A stretch of 64,000 bases of DNA from Macrostomum hystrix (lineage: Eukaryota; Animalia; Platyhelminthes): the NCBI GenBank assembly GCA_950097015.1, contig CATNEN010000028.1:992001-1056000 (forward strand). The letters run 5' to 3'. The notes under the pieces are model-generated. The model searched no databases, was not told where the DNA came from, and saw nothing but the letters and a program-made list of their open reading frames with translations. Shown in pieces: positions 50,715 to 64,000 of this stretch (positions are counted from its first letter, which is position 1; the number at the start of each line of letters is the position of its first letter). The position numbers were made by a program, and so were the translations under genes.

Positions 50715-53700
50715 AGCTCTTGCTGCGATTCTAGCGACGATTCTTCAGCGACTGTAGCTACGATTCTTCAGTGATTCTAGCTACGATTCTTCAGTGATTC
50801 TAGCTACGATTCTTCAGTGATTCTAGCGACGATTCTTCAGCGACTGTAGCTACGATTCTTCTGTGATTCTAGCTACGATTCTTCAGTGATTCTAGCTACG
50901 ATTCTTCAGTGATTCTAGCGACGATTCTTCAGTGATTCTAGCTACGATTCTTCAGTAATTCTAGCTACGATTCTTCAGTGATTCTAGCTACGATTCTTCA
51001 GTGATTCTAGCTACGATTCTTCAGTGATTCTAGCTACGATTCTTCAGTGATTCTAGCGACGATTCTTCAGCGACTGTAGCTACGATTCTTCAGTGATTCT
51101 AGCTACGATTCTTCAGTGATTCTAGCTACGATTCTTCAGTGATTCTAGCGACGATTCTTCAGTGATTCTAGCTACGATTCTTCAGTAATTCTAGCTACGA
51201 TTCTTCAGTGATTCTAGCTACGATTCTTCAGTGATTCTAGCTACGATTCTTCAGTGATTCTAGCTACGATTCTTCAGTGATTCTAGCTACGATTCTTCAG
51301 TGATTCTAGCTACGATTCTTCAGTGATTCTAGCTACGATTCTTCAGTGATTCTAGCTACGATTCTTCAGCGATTCTAGCGACGATTCTTCAGTGATTCTA
51401 GCTACGATTCTTCAGTGATTCTAGCTACGATTCTTCATTGATTCTAGCTACGATTCTTCATTGATTCTAGCGACGATTCTTCAGTGATTCTAGCTACGAT
51501 TCTTCAGTGATTCTAGCTACGATTCTTCAGTGATTCTAGCTACGATTCTTCAGTGATTCTAGCTACGATTCTTCAGTGATTCTAGCTACGATTCTTCAGT
51601 GATTCTAGCTACGATTCTTCAGTGATTCTAGCTACGATTCTTCAGTGATTCTAGCTACGATTCTTCAGGGATTCTAGCGACGATTCTTCAGCGGCTGTAG
51701 CTACGATTCTTCAGTGATTCTAGCTACGATTCTTCAGTGATTCTAGCTACGATTCTTCAGTGATTCTAGCTACGATTCTTCAGTGATTCTAGCTACGATT
51801 CTTCAGTGATTCTAGCTACGATTCTTCAGTGATTCTAGCTACGATTCTTCAGTGATTCTAGCTACGATTCTTCAGTGAATTCTAGCTACGATTCTTCAGT
51901 GATTCTAGCTACGATTCTTCAGTGATTCTAGCTACGATTCTTCATTGATTCTAGCTACGATTCTTCATTGATTCTAGCTACGATTCTTCAGTGATTCTAG
52001 CTACGATTCTTCAGTGATTCTAGCTACGATTCTTCAATAATTCTAGCTACGATTCTTCAGTGATTCTAGCTACGATTCTTCATTGATTCTAGCTACGATT
52101 CTTCAGTGATTCTAGCTACGATTCTTCAGTGATTCTAGCTACGATTCTTCAGTGATTCTAGCTACGATTCTTCAGTGGTTCTAGCTACGATTCTTCAGTA
52201 ATTCTAGCTACGATTCTTCAGTGATTCTAGCTACGATTCTTCAGTGATTCTAGCTACGATTCTTCAGCGACTGTAGCTACGATTCTTCAGGGATTCTAGC
52301 GACGATTCTTCAGCGGCTGTAGCTACGATTCTTCAGTGATTCTAGCTACGATTCTTCAGTGATTCTAGCTACGATTCTTCAGTGATTCTAGCTACGATTC
52401 TTCAGTGATTCTAGCTACGATTCTTCAGTGATTCTAGCTACGATTCTTCAGTGGTTTAGCTACGATTCTTCAGTGATTCTAGCTACGATTCTCAGTGATT
52501 CTAGCTACGATTCTTCAGTGATTCTAGCTACGATCTTCAGTGATTCTAGCTACGATTCTTCAGTGATTCTAGCTACGATTCTTCAGTGATTTAGCTACGA
52601 TTCTTCCGTGATTCTAGCTACGATTTTCAGTGATTCTAGCTACGATTCTTCAGTGATTCTAGCTACGATTCTTCAGTGATTCTAGCTACGATTCTTCAGT
52701 GATTCTAGCTACGATTCTTCAGTGATTCTAGCTACGATTCTTCAGTGATTCTAGCTACGATTCTCAGTGATTCTAGCTACGATTCTTCAGTGATTCTAGC
52801 TACGATTCCTCAGTGATTCTAGCTACGATTCTTCAGTGATTCTAGCTACGATTCTTCAGTGGTTCTAGCTACGATTCTTCAGTGATTCTAGCTACGATTC
52901 TTCAGTGATTCTAGCTACGATTCTTCAGTGATTCTAGCTACGATTCTTCAGTGATTCTAGCTACGATTCTTCAGTGATTCTAGCTACGATTCTTCAGTGA
53001 TTCTAGCTACGATTCTTCAGTGATTCTAGCTACGATTCTTCAGTGATTCTAGCTACGATTCTTCAGTGATTCTAGCTACGATTCTTCAGTGATTCTAGCT
53101 ACGATTCTTCAGCGACTGTAGCTACGATTCTTCAGTGATTCTAGCTACGATTCTTCAGTGATTCTAGCTACGATTCTTCAGTGATTCTAGCTACGATTCT
53201 TCAGTGATTCTAGCTACGATTCTTCAGTGATTCTAGCTACGATTCTTCAGTGATTCTAGCTACGATTCTTCAGTGATTCTAGCTACGATTCTTCAGTGAT
53301 TCTAGCTACGATTCTTCAGTGATTCTAGCTACGATTCTTCAGTGATTCTAGCTACGATTCTTCAGTGATTCTAGCTACGATTCTTCAGTGGTTCTAGCTA
53401 CGATTCTTCAGTAATTCTAGCTACGATTCTTCAGTGATTCTAGCTACGATTCTTCAGTGATTCTAGCTACGATTCTTCAGTGATTCTAGCTACGATTCTT
53501 CAGTGATTCTAGCTACGATTCTTCAGTGATTCTAGCTAGGATTCTTCAGTGATTCTAGCTACGATTCTTCAGTGATTCTAGCTACGATTCTTCAGTGATT
53601 CTAGCTACGATTCTTCAGTGATTCTAGCTACGATTCTTCAGTGGTTCTAGCTACGATTCTTCAGTGGTTCTAGCTACGATTCTTCAGCGACTGTAGCTAC

Positions 53701-55040
53701 GATTCTTCAGCGACTGTAGCTACGATTCTTCAGGGATTCTAGCTACGATTCTTCAGTGATTCTAGCTACGATTCTTCAGCGACTGTAGCTACGATTCTTC
53801 AGTGATTCTAGCTACAATTCTTCAGTGATTCTAGCTACGATTCTTCAGCGACTGTAGCTACGATTCTTCAGTGATTCTAGCTACGATTCTTCAGTGATTC
53901 TAGCTACGATTCTTCAGTGATTCTAGCTACGATTCTTCAGTGATTCTAGCTACGATTCTTCAGTGATTCTAGCTACGATTCTTCAGTGATTCTAGCTACG
54001 ATTCTTCATTGATTCTAGCTACGATTCTTCATTGGTTCTAGCTACGATTCTTCAGTAATTCTAGCTACGATTCTTCAGCGACTGTAGCTACGATTCTTCA
54101 GCGATTCTAGCTACGATTCTTCAGCGACTGTAGCTACGATTCTTCAGTGATTCTAGCTACGATTCTTCAGTGATTCTAGCTACGATTCTTCAGTGATTCT
54201 AGCTACGATTCTTCAGTGATTCTAGCTACGATTCTTCATTGATTCTAGCTACGATTCTTCATTGGTTCTAGCTACGATTCTTCAGTAATTCTAGCTACGA
54301 TTCTTCAGCGACTGTAGCTACGATTCTTCAGCGATTCTAGCTACGATTCTTCAGCGACTGTAGCTACGATTCTTCAGTGATTCTAGCTACGATTCTTCAG
54401 TGATTCTAGCTACGATTCTTCAGTGATTCTAGCTACGATTCTTCAGTGATTCTAGCTACGATTCTTCAGTGATTCTAGCTACGATTCTTCAGTGATTCTA
54501 GCTACGATTCTTCAGCGACTGTAGCTACGATTCTTCAGTGATTCTAGCTACGATTCTTCATTGATTCTAGCTACGATTCTTCATTGGTTCTAGCTACGAT
54601 TCTTCAGTAATTCTAGCTACGATTCTTCAGTGATTCTAGCTACGATTCTTCAGCGATTCTAGCTACGATTCTTCAGTGATTCTAGCTACGATTCTTCAGC
54701 GATTCTAGCTACGATTCTTCAGTGATTCTAGCTACGATTCTTAAGTGATTCTAGCTACGATTCTTCAGCGACTGTAGCTACGATTCTTCAGTGGTTCTAG
54801 CTACGATTCTTCAGCGACTGTAGCTACGATTCTTAAGTGATTCTAGCTACGATTCTTCAGCGACTGTAGCTACGATTCTTCAGTGGTTCTAGCTACGATT
54901 CTTCAGCGACTGTAGCTACGATTCTTCAGTGGTTCTAGCTACGATTCTTCAGCGACTGTAGCTACGATTCTTAAGTGATTCTAGCTACGATTCTTCAGCG
55001 ACTGTAGCTACGTTTCTTCAGTGATTCTAGCTACGATTCC
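50715..55040. repeat. 23-bp satellite (gattcttcagtgattctagctac), ~4.3 kb
   Basis: Seen directly. Confidence 0.98.
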
Positions 55041-55704
55041 AGCTTCGATTCCACCTATTAAAGCTCTTTTGACCACAACTCTAGTTGCTTATTTAAACTC
55101 AACTGATTTCTGCTACGGTTTCTGCGATTCGGAGCCACGGTCCGGCTTTGATTCTGGCAATCAACTAACCACTGGTAAATTACCACAAGCGAAAGTTGCC
55201 ATTTTCAGTGAGAAAAGTCCAATTACCATATGTGTACTGGCCTTTTAGAGTTTCATTCTGGAGCTCATAAGAAAGTGTGGCAAAAGAAGCAATGCTGTTG
55301 AAACTCATGTAACAGCGATACGACTGGAAATTGTGTGGCCTTCTCAGTGTGGCTCTATTTGGGATGCGGGTCCGATCCTTAGGGAACAAAGCCATGCATT
55401 ATTCAGCTCAGCCACCAGGGGTCTGTGCGAAACTCCGCCCTGCCACAGTTGATGGGGAGGTGGTGGGGGGAGGTAGAATGAGAATTTCCGATTCCCACAT
55501 CAGCCTCCGTTCCACCTTGACGAAGTCCGCGCGGCCAAGAACTGGCGGAGCGAGCCGCGCTGACTGCACTTTGGCCGCTGTCACGACTCACTCAGGTGGC
55601 CCTACTCACTCTTATCCCTGAGCCGCCACTTACACTCTGCCTCTAACTTATCTCGCTCTGTGCTCACAGTTTCTTTGTTTTTCCTATAAATCGATCAATC
55701 AATC

Positions 55705-55713
55705 GACCAGTCA

Positions 55714-55764
<51 letters not shown>

Positions 55765-55857
55765 AGTCAGCCAGTCAGTCAGTCAGTCAGTCAGTCAGTC
55801 AGCCAGTCAGTCAGCCAGTCAGTCAGTCAGTCAGTCAGTCAGTCAGTCAGTCAGTCA

Positions 55858-55906
<49 letters not shown>

Positions 55907-55961
55907 CCAGTCAGTCAGTCAGTCAGTCAGTCAGTCAGTCAGTCAGTCAGTCAGTCAGCCA

Positions 55962-56004
<43 letters not shown>

Positions 56005-56238
56005 AGTCAGTCAGTCAGTCAGTCAGTCAGTCAGTCAGTCAGTCAGTCAGTCAGTCAGTCAGTCAGTCAGTCAGTCAGTCAGTCAGTCAGTCAGTCAGTC
56101 AGTCAGTCAGTCAGTCAGTCAGTCAGCCAGTCAGTCAGTCAGTCAGTCAGTCAGTCAGTCAGTCAGTCAGTCAGTCAGTCAGTCAGTCAGTCAGTCAGTC
56201 AGTCAGTCAGTCAGTCAGTCAGTCAGTCAGTCAATCAG

Positions 56239-56279
<41 letters not shown>

Positions 56280-56280
56280 A
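55705..56280. repeat. (CAGT)n microsatellite grading into (CAAT)n
   Basis: Seen directly. Confidence 0.97.
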
Positions 56281-57559
56281 AATTAATCAATCAAATAATT
56301 AATGTATTTTTCTGTCAATAAATCTATCAATCAAAAATCAACATAGCCATTAATTAACCAATCAAATGTCGATACAGCATACATATTCATAATTAATTGA
56401 TTAATTTGGTACATAATCAATCGATTAATCGAAAATTCAAGTAACTAACCATTACCAACAGAGATCAATCAATCAAATCCGTATCAAATCAATCAACTAA
56501 TCAATATTTAAACGAACTATCGATAATAAAAATGACTATCATTAATTGATAGAACAGTCAATTAATTTAATAATCTGTCGAGTGATTGAGTTATTAATCA
56601 ATAAATCAATAATCCAATCAGTCCATCAATCATAACATTCAACTATAATCCACTCAATCATCTATCTAGCCATTTCTCCTTCAAAGTTTCTAGAATATAA
56701 TTTTAAGAAACTTCACTATTCTGTTAAAAATTCCAGAAACGGACGAAACGAGCGAGAGCAAAGGAAATTTGGTGGGCTGAAATGTTTGCCCAACAACTGG
56801 GAAGCCTTATATGGTATACAAGCTTACCTGCTTCCTGCTGTTGCTGCTGCTTTATAGCTATGATGCAGTGTAAACAATAAGCTTATCACGGCTTCAAGTC
56901 AGCCAACACACAAAACTTGCTTGCGTTATAATAACGATTTCTAAAGATGAAAGAGATTAAACAATAATATATATATATATATTAGAGTATATATATGCTT
57001 TTTAAATTAGAGCAAAGCATGTGCAGATAAGTGGTTTTTGCTTGGGAAAATGGGAGTTATTTTAGGATTTGCTGGTGGCTAGGAAACAGAAACGGTATAG
57101 AATGAAAGAAAAAAGTTTTTTATATAGAAAATGTTATAGCCCAGTAATGATATAGAGCACGATAGGAAGATAAAAAATAAAAAGAGAATATAACAATGAG
57201 TCCAAAAACAATAAAGAAAATTCATTGACCTGAATTCGTGACTTGCGTTTTGTGCTGCTCACAAACACCTGCAGTAGACTAAATAATTATAAAAATATTA
57301 AATCAAAGAATGTGTCAATCATAATTGACAGAAAATAGTAACAAAGGTATAAGAGATAAAACGGTGGACAATATGAATGATAAAAGAAACAATTTATTTT
57401 ATTGCAAATGTCACATATTCCATCCGGCAGGCCTAACAGAGCAAGTGCCTTTGTAAATGCCAATAAAGTTGTTCTATGATAACACAAAAATATCAATTCG
57501 ATCAATTTCGACTTCTGCCCCTTAGACTACCTCCTACTAATCCTTATCTATAGTTTCTG

Positions 57560-58070
57560 GATTTCTGCGATTCAAGCTATAGCTCCTGCAGTTCTGCAGC
57601 AACAGCTCCTGCAGTTCTGCAGCTACAGGTCCTGCAGTTCTGCAGCTACAGGTCCTGCAGTTCTGCAGCTACAGGTCCTGCAGTTCTGCAGCTACAGCTC
57701 CTGCAGTTCTGCAGCTACAGGTCCTGCAGTTCTGCAGCTACAGGTCCTGCAGTTCTGCAGCTACAGGTCCTGCCATTCTATAGCAACAGCTCCTGCCATT
57801 CTATAGCAACAGCTCCTGCAATTCTATAGCAACAGCTCCTGCGATTCCAGGTACAGCTCCTGCGATTCCAGGTACAGCTCTTGCGATTCCAGCAACAGGT
57901 TCTGCGATTCCATGTACGGCTCCTGCGATTCCAGGAACAGCTCCTGTGATTCCAGGTACAGCTCCTGCGATTCCAGCAACAGGTTCTGCGATTCCATGTG
58001 CGGCTCCTGCGATTCCAGCAACAGGTTCTGCGATTCCATGTACGGCTCCTGCGATTCCAGCTACAGCTCC
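57560..58070. repeat. 24-bp then 21-bp minisatellites (gctcctgcagttctgcagctacag; gctcctgcgattccaggtaca)
   Basis: Seen directly. Confidence 0.92.
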
Positions 58071-61000
58071 TGTTCTAATTCTAGTTACGATTCTAGCTTC
58101 GTTTTTAACTCTCTCTCCTGCTTCGATTCTTGCAACACTTTTTATACTTAAGAACGAAATTGTGTACTTTTTTCTTGATCTGAAGAACTCGAGTTTCTGG
58201 TCTGGTCCTTTTGTAAACGTTGCTAAATATAGCATTTATCATGCAATGAATAAATTGAGGCTATAAAATAATTATATTATTATATTTTTTCGCGACGAAA
58301 TTGTAAATCAAAGCTAATAAATAATTTCGGGTTTAGAATCTCGCTTTACAACATTTTTTTGAAATTGAAAGCCAACTCAGCAACTAATTAGCTTTGATGG
58401 CTTCTAGAAACATTGCTCGATTCACAATATTTACGACTAGAGGCAAAGATGTCTTTAATAAAGACGACCGTGTGGCTCTTCAATTCACCTGTGGCACTAA
58501 TGGAAATTCTCGATCAAGCCTAAGCTTTGAACACGGTGAAAGGAAGTGCGCCTCGAGATATATGTCACTGGGTTTACCGCAAAATGGCTATAATCTTATC
58601 ATAAAACCACAAATTGATCCATTTGATTGTAATACGATCGTAATTGTACTAATAACGCACTGTTCATCCCTCTGTGTTTCAATACAAACTGGCTTAATTG
58701 TCTATCCAAGTAATTACCTTTACTGAATTATAACGAATAAGCTTCAAGCATGTATATTCAGTCACGTTGTTGAAAAAAAGACGCAAAATTTAAACAAAGA
58801 CGACAGAAGGGAGGCAGAGACAGTGCAATGCAAAATTGAACGAGACTCTCGTAACCATAATTCGCGTACTAAGTGCACGAGTGGCTGTGCAGCTTCATAT
58901 TCTGGTGCGCATATTCAAATGAAATGTTTCTCAAACAAAAATTTGGACTGGTAAATGTAAGATAAAGTAAGAGTTTTAATCCAGGAGGGATCCACGCTTT
59001 ATTCGATGCTTTAATTAGATTGAAAGAAAAAAATGCTAAATTATGCAGGAAACATGCACGAGATGAAGAAGGGGAACAAATTACGACATCTAGGCCTACA
59101 TTTCGATCCACCTAAGCTATAGTTTTTGGACACTAAATTCATAACAGCTATTGGGTCTATAAGCCCTGAAAGTCTGTCTGACTAAATATCAGAACCCATG
59201 AAAAACGAGCATTATATATGTTATTGCTCAGTACAGTGTTTCAAGATCAGAATAAGAGTTGCAAGCACAATTTTAAAGTGTTTAAATGCATACATACGTA
59301 TTGCATGTCAAAAATTAAACGAGTGCACATATGCATATTATGTATGTGTGAACTTATTGGACGCGACCCAAACGGGAGAGAATATGCAGGCGGGGAGCGG
59401 TGATATCGATCCCACTTTTAAACTTAAGTGCATGGCAATTGACTTAAAGTAGAGGTTGGGAACAGACAAAACCCTTTAGCTTTTCAGATCACTATAACCT
59501 TGTCTGTATATACATGCACTTCTGAGCAGATTGCACTATCCAAACACACAAAAAGTTAATTTCAACGTCCAAATTAAGCGAAGTCTTCGATACCAGAATT
59601 AACTAAAGAAACTAGGACGCAAAACAACAGCTAAGCAGTCAAAAAAGTGCACTTGATATTTTAAATCACATAGTAGTTTTCTTTTTTGCAAAAGCTGACC
59701 TGCATAGTTTTACGAAATCAACGGATTGGATTTAAAGGTTAAAACAAAGTTATCCATAGGTTTTATTAAATCAGAGTTTTAACAGGGCAATTTTGTATAT
59801 CTCGAAAATTAAAAAGTTATTGTGCATTTTTTTATATTGGATATTGTAATCATTGTTATATGTTTTATAAAGCGTAAACTATTTAGGAAAATATATTTTC
59901 CTAAGAAATGCCATTGTTTTAGCAAACAAGCCGCATAGCAAACAAGCACATAAAATTAAGTTAGTACATTAAGGCCCAGCTATAATTTTCACTCCGTAAC
60001 AATACATAGTCGTTTTAATATCGATTTTTCTTTTCGGTTATGGTTATATTGTATATTTCAAACTATGGACGTATTACCTATAAACTGATAATGTCTTAAC
60101 CCAAGTCCCAATCAGCTGTCCTAATAGTTGACTTTTGGGCGTATAAGAATTGCTTATTGTTTAGGTTTCTATACTATAACTAATACTTTACTACTTTACT
60201 ATTTTACTCTACTACATAAGTCCATTTATCGACATTCGTGAATTGCCTTGCCAGATGCAATAATGCCTGCTAGCAATAATGCCTACACTAGCTGACTAGC
60301 TCCAGCTCCAGTTTATAATAATTGAGGCTCAATCACAATTTTGCCCAGTGCCTTCAGTCAAAGTCAGGACTGTAGGCACTGTGCAGAGCCGTGCAACTGG
60401 CAGAAACTAATCTCTTCCACCTTGGCTTGAATCTTAGCAACTGCATGAGGTTGCACTCAAAGACTAATGGGTCTTATATGTTTCACTTGCTCAGAAGAGC
60501 ATTGCACAAACAATAGAGTTGATCAATAAAATAATTGGGCAGTCTGACTTTGTGGCAGGTAGTCAACCAACAGCACACCACACATGCCTATTTCAAAACT
60601 CACATTGCAAATGACACTCTGTGTGTCTAGGCCAACAGTCTCTTTAAATTTCTAGGAGAGTTTAAGTATTTAGAGCTCAATCTCTAAAATATTTTTGGTC
60701 GAAAGATTTTGTCACTTTTTGACTCAATTTTAAATGGTTTATGCAACTCATTAAGGTTGAATCTTGCTTTATCTCTCTTGCAGGTAGCTATGGTAGAGTT
60801 GTCTACTCAGCAGTCAATGAAACATTTTGTCTATGGCCTGGCCAGGTTAAACATATATTTTCAGCCTAATCAGATGCAATTTGCACTTAGGACAAGCAAT
60901 AGTCTGGAGACTTTTGCAGCACCCTTTATATTATATATTTGTTTAGCTTTTCTGATAGTCTCCTAATTTTTGTTGTAGATCAGAGATAACAGAAATATAT

Positions 61001-61490
61001 ATTAATGTTAATTTTACTAGCTAGCTATTTGCAACATTAGTAGGTGAAGAACAGTTACCATTCTAATATTAATTTATCTCCACCAAAGCCATTGATCTCA
61101 TATTAAGTATGTCAACTATAAACAATAATATTGTACTATATTGCATATTGTAAGTATTAAAAAATACATAGGACATCAAAACAAGGATTGAAATTTCCTA
61201 AAATATTATGTGTCTAATAAAGTTATATTTTGTCAGATCATTCGATTTTTTATTAAAGCTAACTAGCATAGCTACTAGTTACTAGTTAGGTCTAACTAGG
61301 CAGTCTGTTTTAAGGCAATATTGGCCTGATTTTTGCCTGGCTTTACTTTATAAAACTATTTTCACTTTCAACTTAATAAAGGTAGCTTTTTATTACCAAT
61401 TGCACTATCAAAGTATTATTTTTTGTATTCTAACAACCAATTTTTTGTCCTATAATTTTCAGTGAGCTACCTCATACACTGATTCTAAGC

Positions 61491-61591
61491 ATGGGTGTGC
61501 ATCCGGCAGTGCTCTATTCTCCAGCTGGCATCCTTGTTGGAGCCTTTATTGTGTCAGGCCTATATTACATGCTTACTGGACAGGGCTACAG
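61491..61591 (+). CDS. ATP6V0B: V-ATPase V0 proteolipid c'' (21 kDa), first coding exon
   Basis: MGVHPAVLYSPAGILVGAFIVSGLYYMLTGQGYR resembles the extra N-terminal helix of c''; AG|GTGAAT donor. Confidence 0.8.
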
Positions 61592-61724
61592 GTGAATTTT
61601 GGTTTATTGATTTTTAAGTTTAATTTAAATAAAAGTCCATAAAGAGAATATTATCCAAAATACTTAGATTTTTTTTAAATATAGAAATCTCACTCGCAAT
61701 AATATCCTTTTTTCTCCCTGGCTG

Positions 61725-62001
61725 GTATGACATCGGCGCCGTTATCGAAGGCTTCTCGCCCTACCTGTGGGCCAACATCGGCGTTGGCATCGGCATCTCC
61801 CTGTCTGTGCTGGGCGCGGCTATCGGCATCTACACCACTGGCGCCAGCATTCTGGGCGGCGGTGTTAAAGCGCCGAGAATTCGCACCAAGAATCTCATTA
61901 GCATCATCTTCTGTGAGGCCGTGGCCATCTACGGCATCATTATGGCCATCGTCATCTCCACCTCGGTGGTGCACTTTGATGAGGCAACCGCGTCAGCGGA
62001 G
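61725..62001 (+). CDS. ATP6V0B: V-ATPase c'' coding exon 2 (5' boundary uncertain: 61725 or 61668)
   Basis: YDIG...[66 protein letters not shown]; ends GAG|GCAAGG. Confidence 0.92.
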
Positions 62002-62350
62002 GCAAGGAATTGTATATTTCTCTTCCATAATCTCTTCTCGTCTCATATCTCTTTTTATCCTATTTATTCCTTCCTATCCCCGATTCCCCTATCTCTATTC
62101 CCAACTCCCATCTATCTTCTCATCCCTTATCTCTCTTCCCATCCTTTATCTCTCTCCTTCCGTTCCTTATCTCTCTTCCCATCCCCTATCTCTCCTCCCG
62201 TTCCTTATCTCTCTTCCACTTATCTCTTATCACTTATCCCTTATCTCTCCTCATATTCCCCTCTTCTTTGTCTCTTCCTTTACCGATTTCTGTCTATTAT
62301 ACTCGTAAAAGCACTCAGATTACAAGACAGGTTGCGCAACCGATTGGCAG

Positions 62351-62596
62351 ATTCTGCGCAAAAACTACACAGCCGGCTATTCGTTCTTCGCAGCCGGTCT
62401 AACCGTCGGCTTCTGTAACCTGTTCTGCGGCATCTGCGTCGGCGTTGTCGGCTCCGGCGCCGCTTTGGCCGACGCCCAGAATCCGGCTCTGTTTGTTAAA
62501 ATCCTGATCGTAGAAATCTTTGCTAGCGCCATCGGACTATTTGGCGTGATTGTGGCCATCCTGCAGACTGCAAATGTTCGAATGGGCGATAAATAA
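62351..62596 (+). CDS. ATP6V0B: V-ATPase c'' last exon
   Basis: [81 protein letters not shown], stop. Confidence 0.95.
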   Translation: MLRKNYTAGYSFFAAGLTVGFCNLFCGICVGVVGSGAALADAQNPALFVKILIVEIFASAIGLFGVIVAILQTANVRMGDK

Positions 62597-63499
62597 TGTG
62601 GCTTAGGTTGTTCGGACTGTGCATAATGCGGTTAAGTAAACTGCGGGAGCAACTATCCTTGTTTTTTTTAAGTCAGATGCCTTGTCATCTAATTAGGATT
62701 CTCGAGTAATGTTTAACTACGCATAGAAAAAATAGAAATGAAATATACTTTATTTTGAGAATATCCACTGCCAGTAGTACATGAGTAGATGAGTACATGA
62801 GTAGTTAGTGATGAATGAAGTATATATTAAACATAGCCAGTACATAATTAATGGACTTATACATTGTTAACTTTACCTTGTTCAATAGTTCTACTAGTAT
62901 AAGATCACGCTATTGAATTAGCATTGATTAGTTTGCGATTAATAAAGTAGTATCAAGCGAATATGCATATATTTTTTTGCTTTGTTTTTCTTCACTCTCA
63001 GATTCCATTTTATTAGTCAGCAGTAGTAGGACTTTTGTTGTGCTAGAAAATTGTCTCTTAATTTGGTTTTATTCGTTAATTTAATCGTGATTAAAACTCC
63101 CTAAATAAATTAATTGTTGTTTAGTTTTAGCTATGACATATTGTTATCGTGTTCAATAATTATCCTGATAATCAATCAACTATTAATTGTGACATATTGT
63201 TGAACATTTTTCGCTTTAAGAGATTAACATAAAAACCTAAGCATAATGTGTTCATATTAACTTGTGTTAAATAAAAGTTCAAGCTAATCTTAAGTGTCGC
63301 ATATATCCCCTACGTCATCTGCTCTCACTCACTATATCTTTTTTGAGCAATTAAAAATATACAAAAATTTGGCAAGTAAAGTATATAATCATTGAAATCT
63401 GCACTGATTTTAATAATTAATTGATTAAATTTTGAGTTTTCCTTTTTGTTGATTTGCTAGAATGTTTTGCCTAGAATGTCAAAATTGTTTCATTCAAAA

Positions 63500-64000
63500 T
63501 TCATCCTGTCCCTACATAGAATCTCATCATGTAAGATTCATCTCATAGAATCTCATCCTGTCTATGTAGTCTCATAGCATCTCATCCTGTCCCTACATAG
63601 AATCTCATCATGTAAGATTCATCTCATAGAATCTCATCCTGTCTATGTAGTCTCATAGCATCTCATCCAGTCTCTACATAGAATCTCATCCTGTCTATGT
63701 AGTCTCATAGCATCTCATCCAGTCTCTACATAGAATCTCATCCTGTCTATGTAGTCTCATAGCATCTCATCCAGTCTCTACATAGAATCTCATCCTGTCT
63801 ATGTAGTCTCATAGAATCTCATCCTGTCTATGTAGTCTCATAGAATATCATCCTGTCTATGTAGTCTCATAGAATCTCACCCTGCCTCTTCATAGGATCT
63901 CATCCTGTCTCTTCATAGGATCTCATCCTGTCTCTACATAGAATCTCATCCTGTCTATGTAGTCTCATAGAATCTCATCCTGTCTATGTAGTCTCATAGA
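63500..64000. repeat. 29/23-bp minisatellite (catagaatctcatcctgtctatgtagtct) running off the window
   Basis: Seen directly. Confidence 0.92.

Noticed and set aside
50715-55040. CRISPR-like appearance of the 23-34-bp repeat arrays in this window
   Set aside because: Units are head-to-tail with no unique spacers, there are no cas genes, and the context is eukaryotic.
55705-56280. (CAGT)n as an expanded tail of the LINE family
   Set aside because: The adjacent sequence does not match the LINE 3' UTR.
57801-58266. GIAGAV / APAIP repeat ORFs
   Set aside because: 21- and 24-bp minisatellite artefacts.

Overview
Eukaryotic (invertebrate animal) genomic DNA. GC-rich exons sit in AT-rich introns and spacers packed with unrelated micro- and minisatellites; the species cannot be determined from the sequence alone. 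Three spliced host genes could be assembled in frame: a stomatin/MEC-2-family gene (+, 8 exons, 10304-27602, ~380 aa), a Na+/Ca2+ exchanger (NCX/SLC8; -, 9 exons, 46523-31917, ~905 aa) and V-ATPase proteolipid c'' (ATP6V0B/VMA16; +, 3 coding exons, 61491-62596, ~207 aa) with two unusual splice junctions. A ~4.9-kb frameshifted non-LTR retrotransposon (APE-RT-RNase H-CCHC, R1/LOA-like; -, 1406-6283) is inserted in a 22-bp satellite. Its 5' leader carries a duplicated 71-nt motif with compensatory base-pair changes that I could not assign to a known ribozyme class; this is the best candidate for something new. A tRNA-headed SINE-like insert with an 18-bp flanking direct repeat lies in an NCX intron. 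There is no CRISPR, rRNA or intact tRNA. Most long ORFs in the supplied track are tandem-repeat artefacts. All calls were made by eye; repeat boundaries are approximate.
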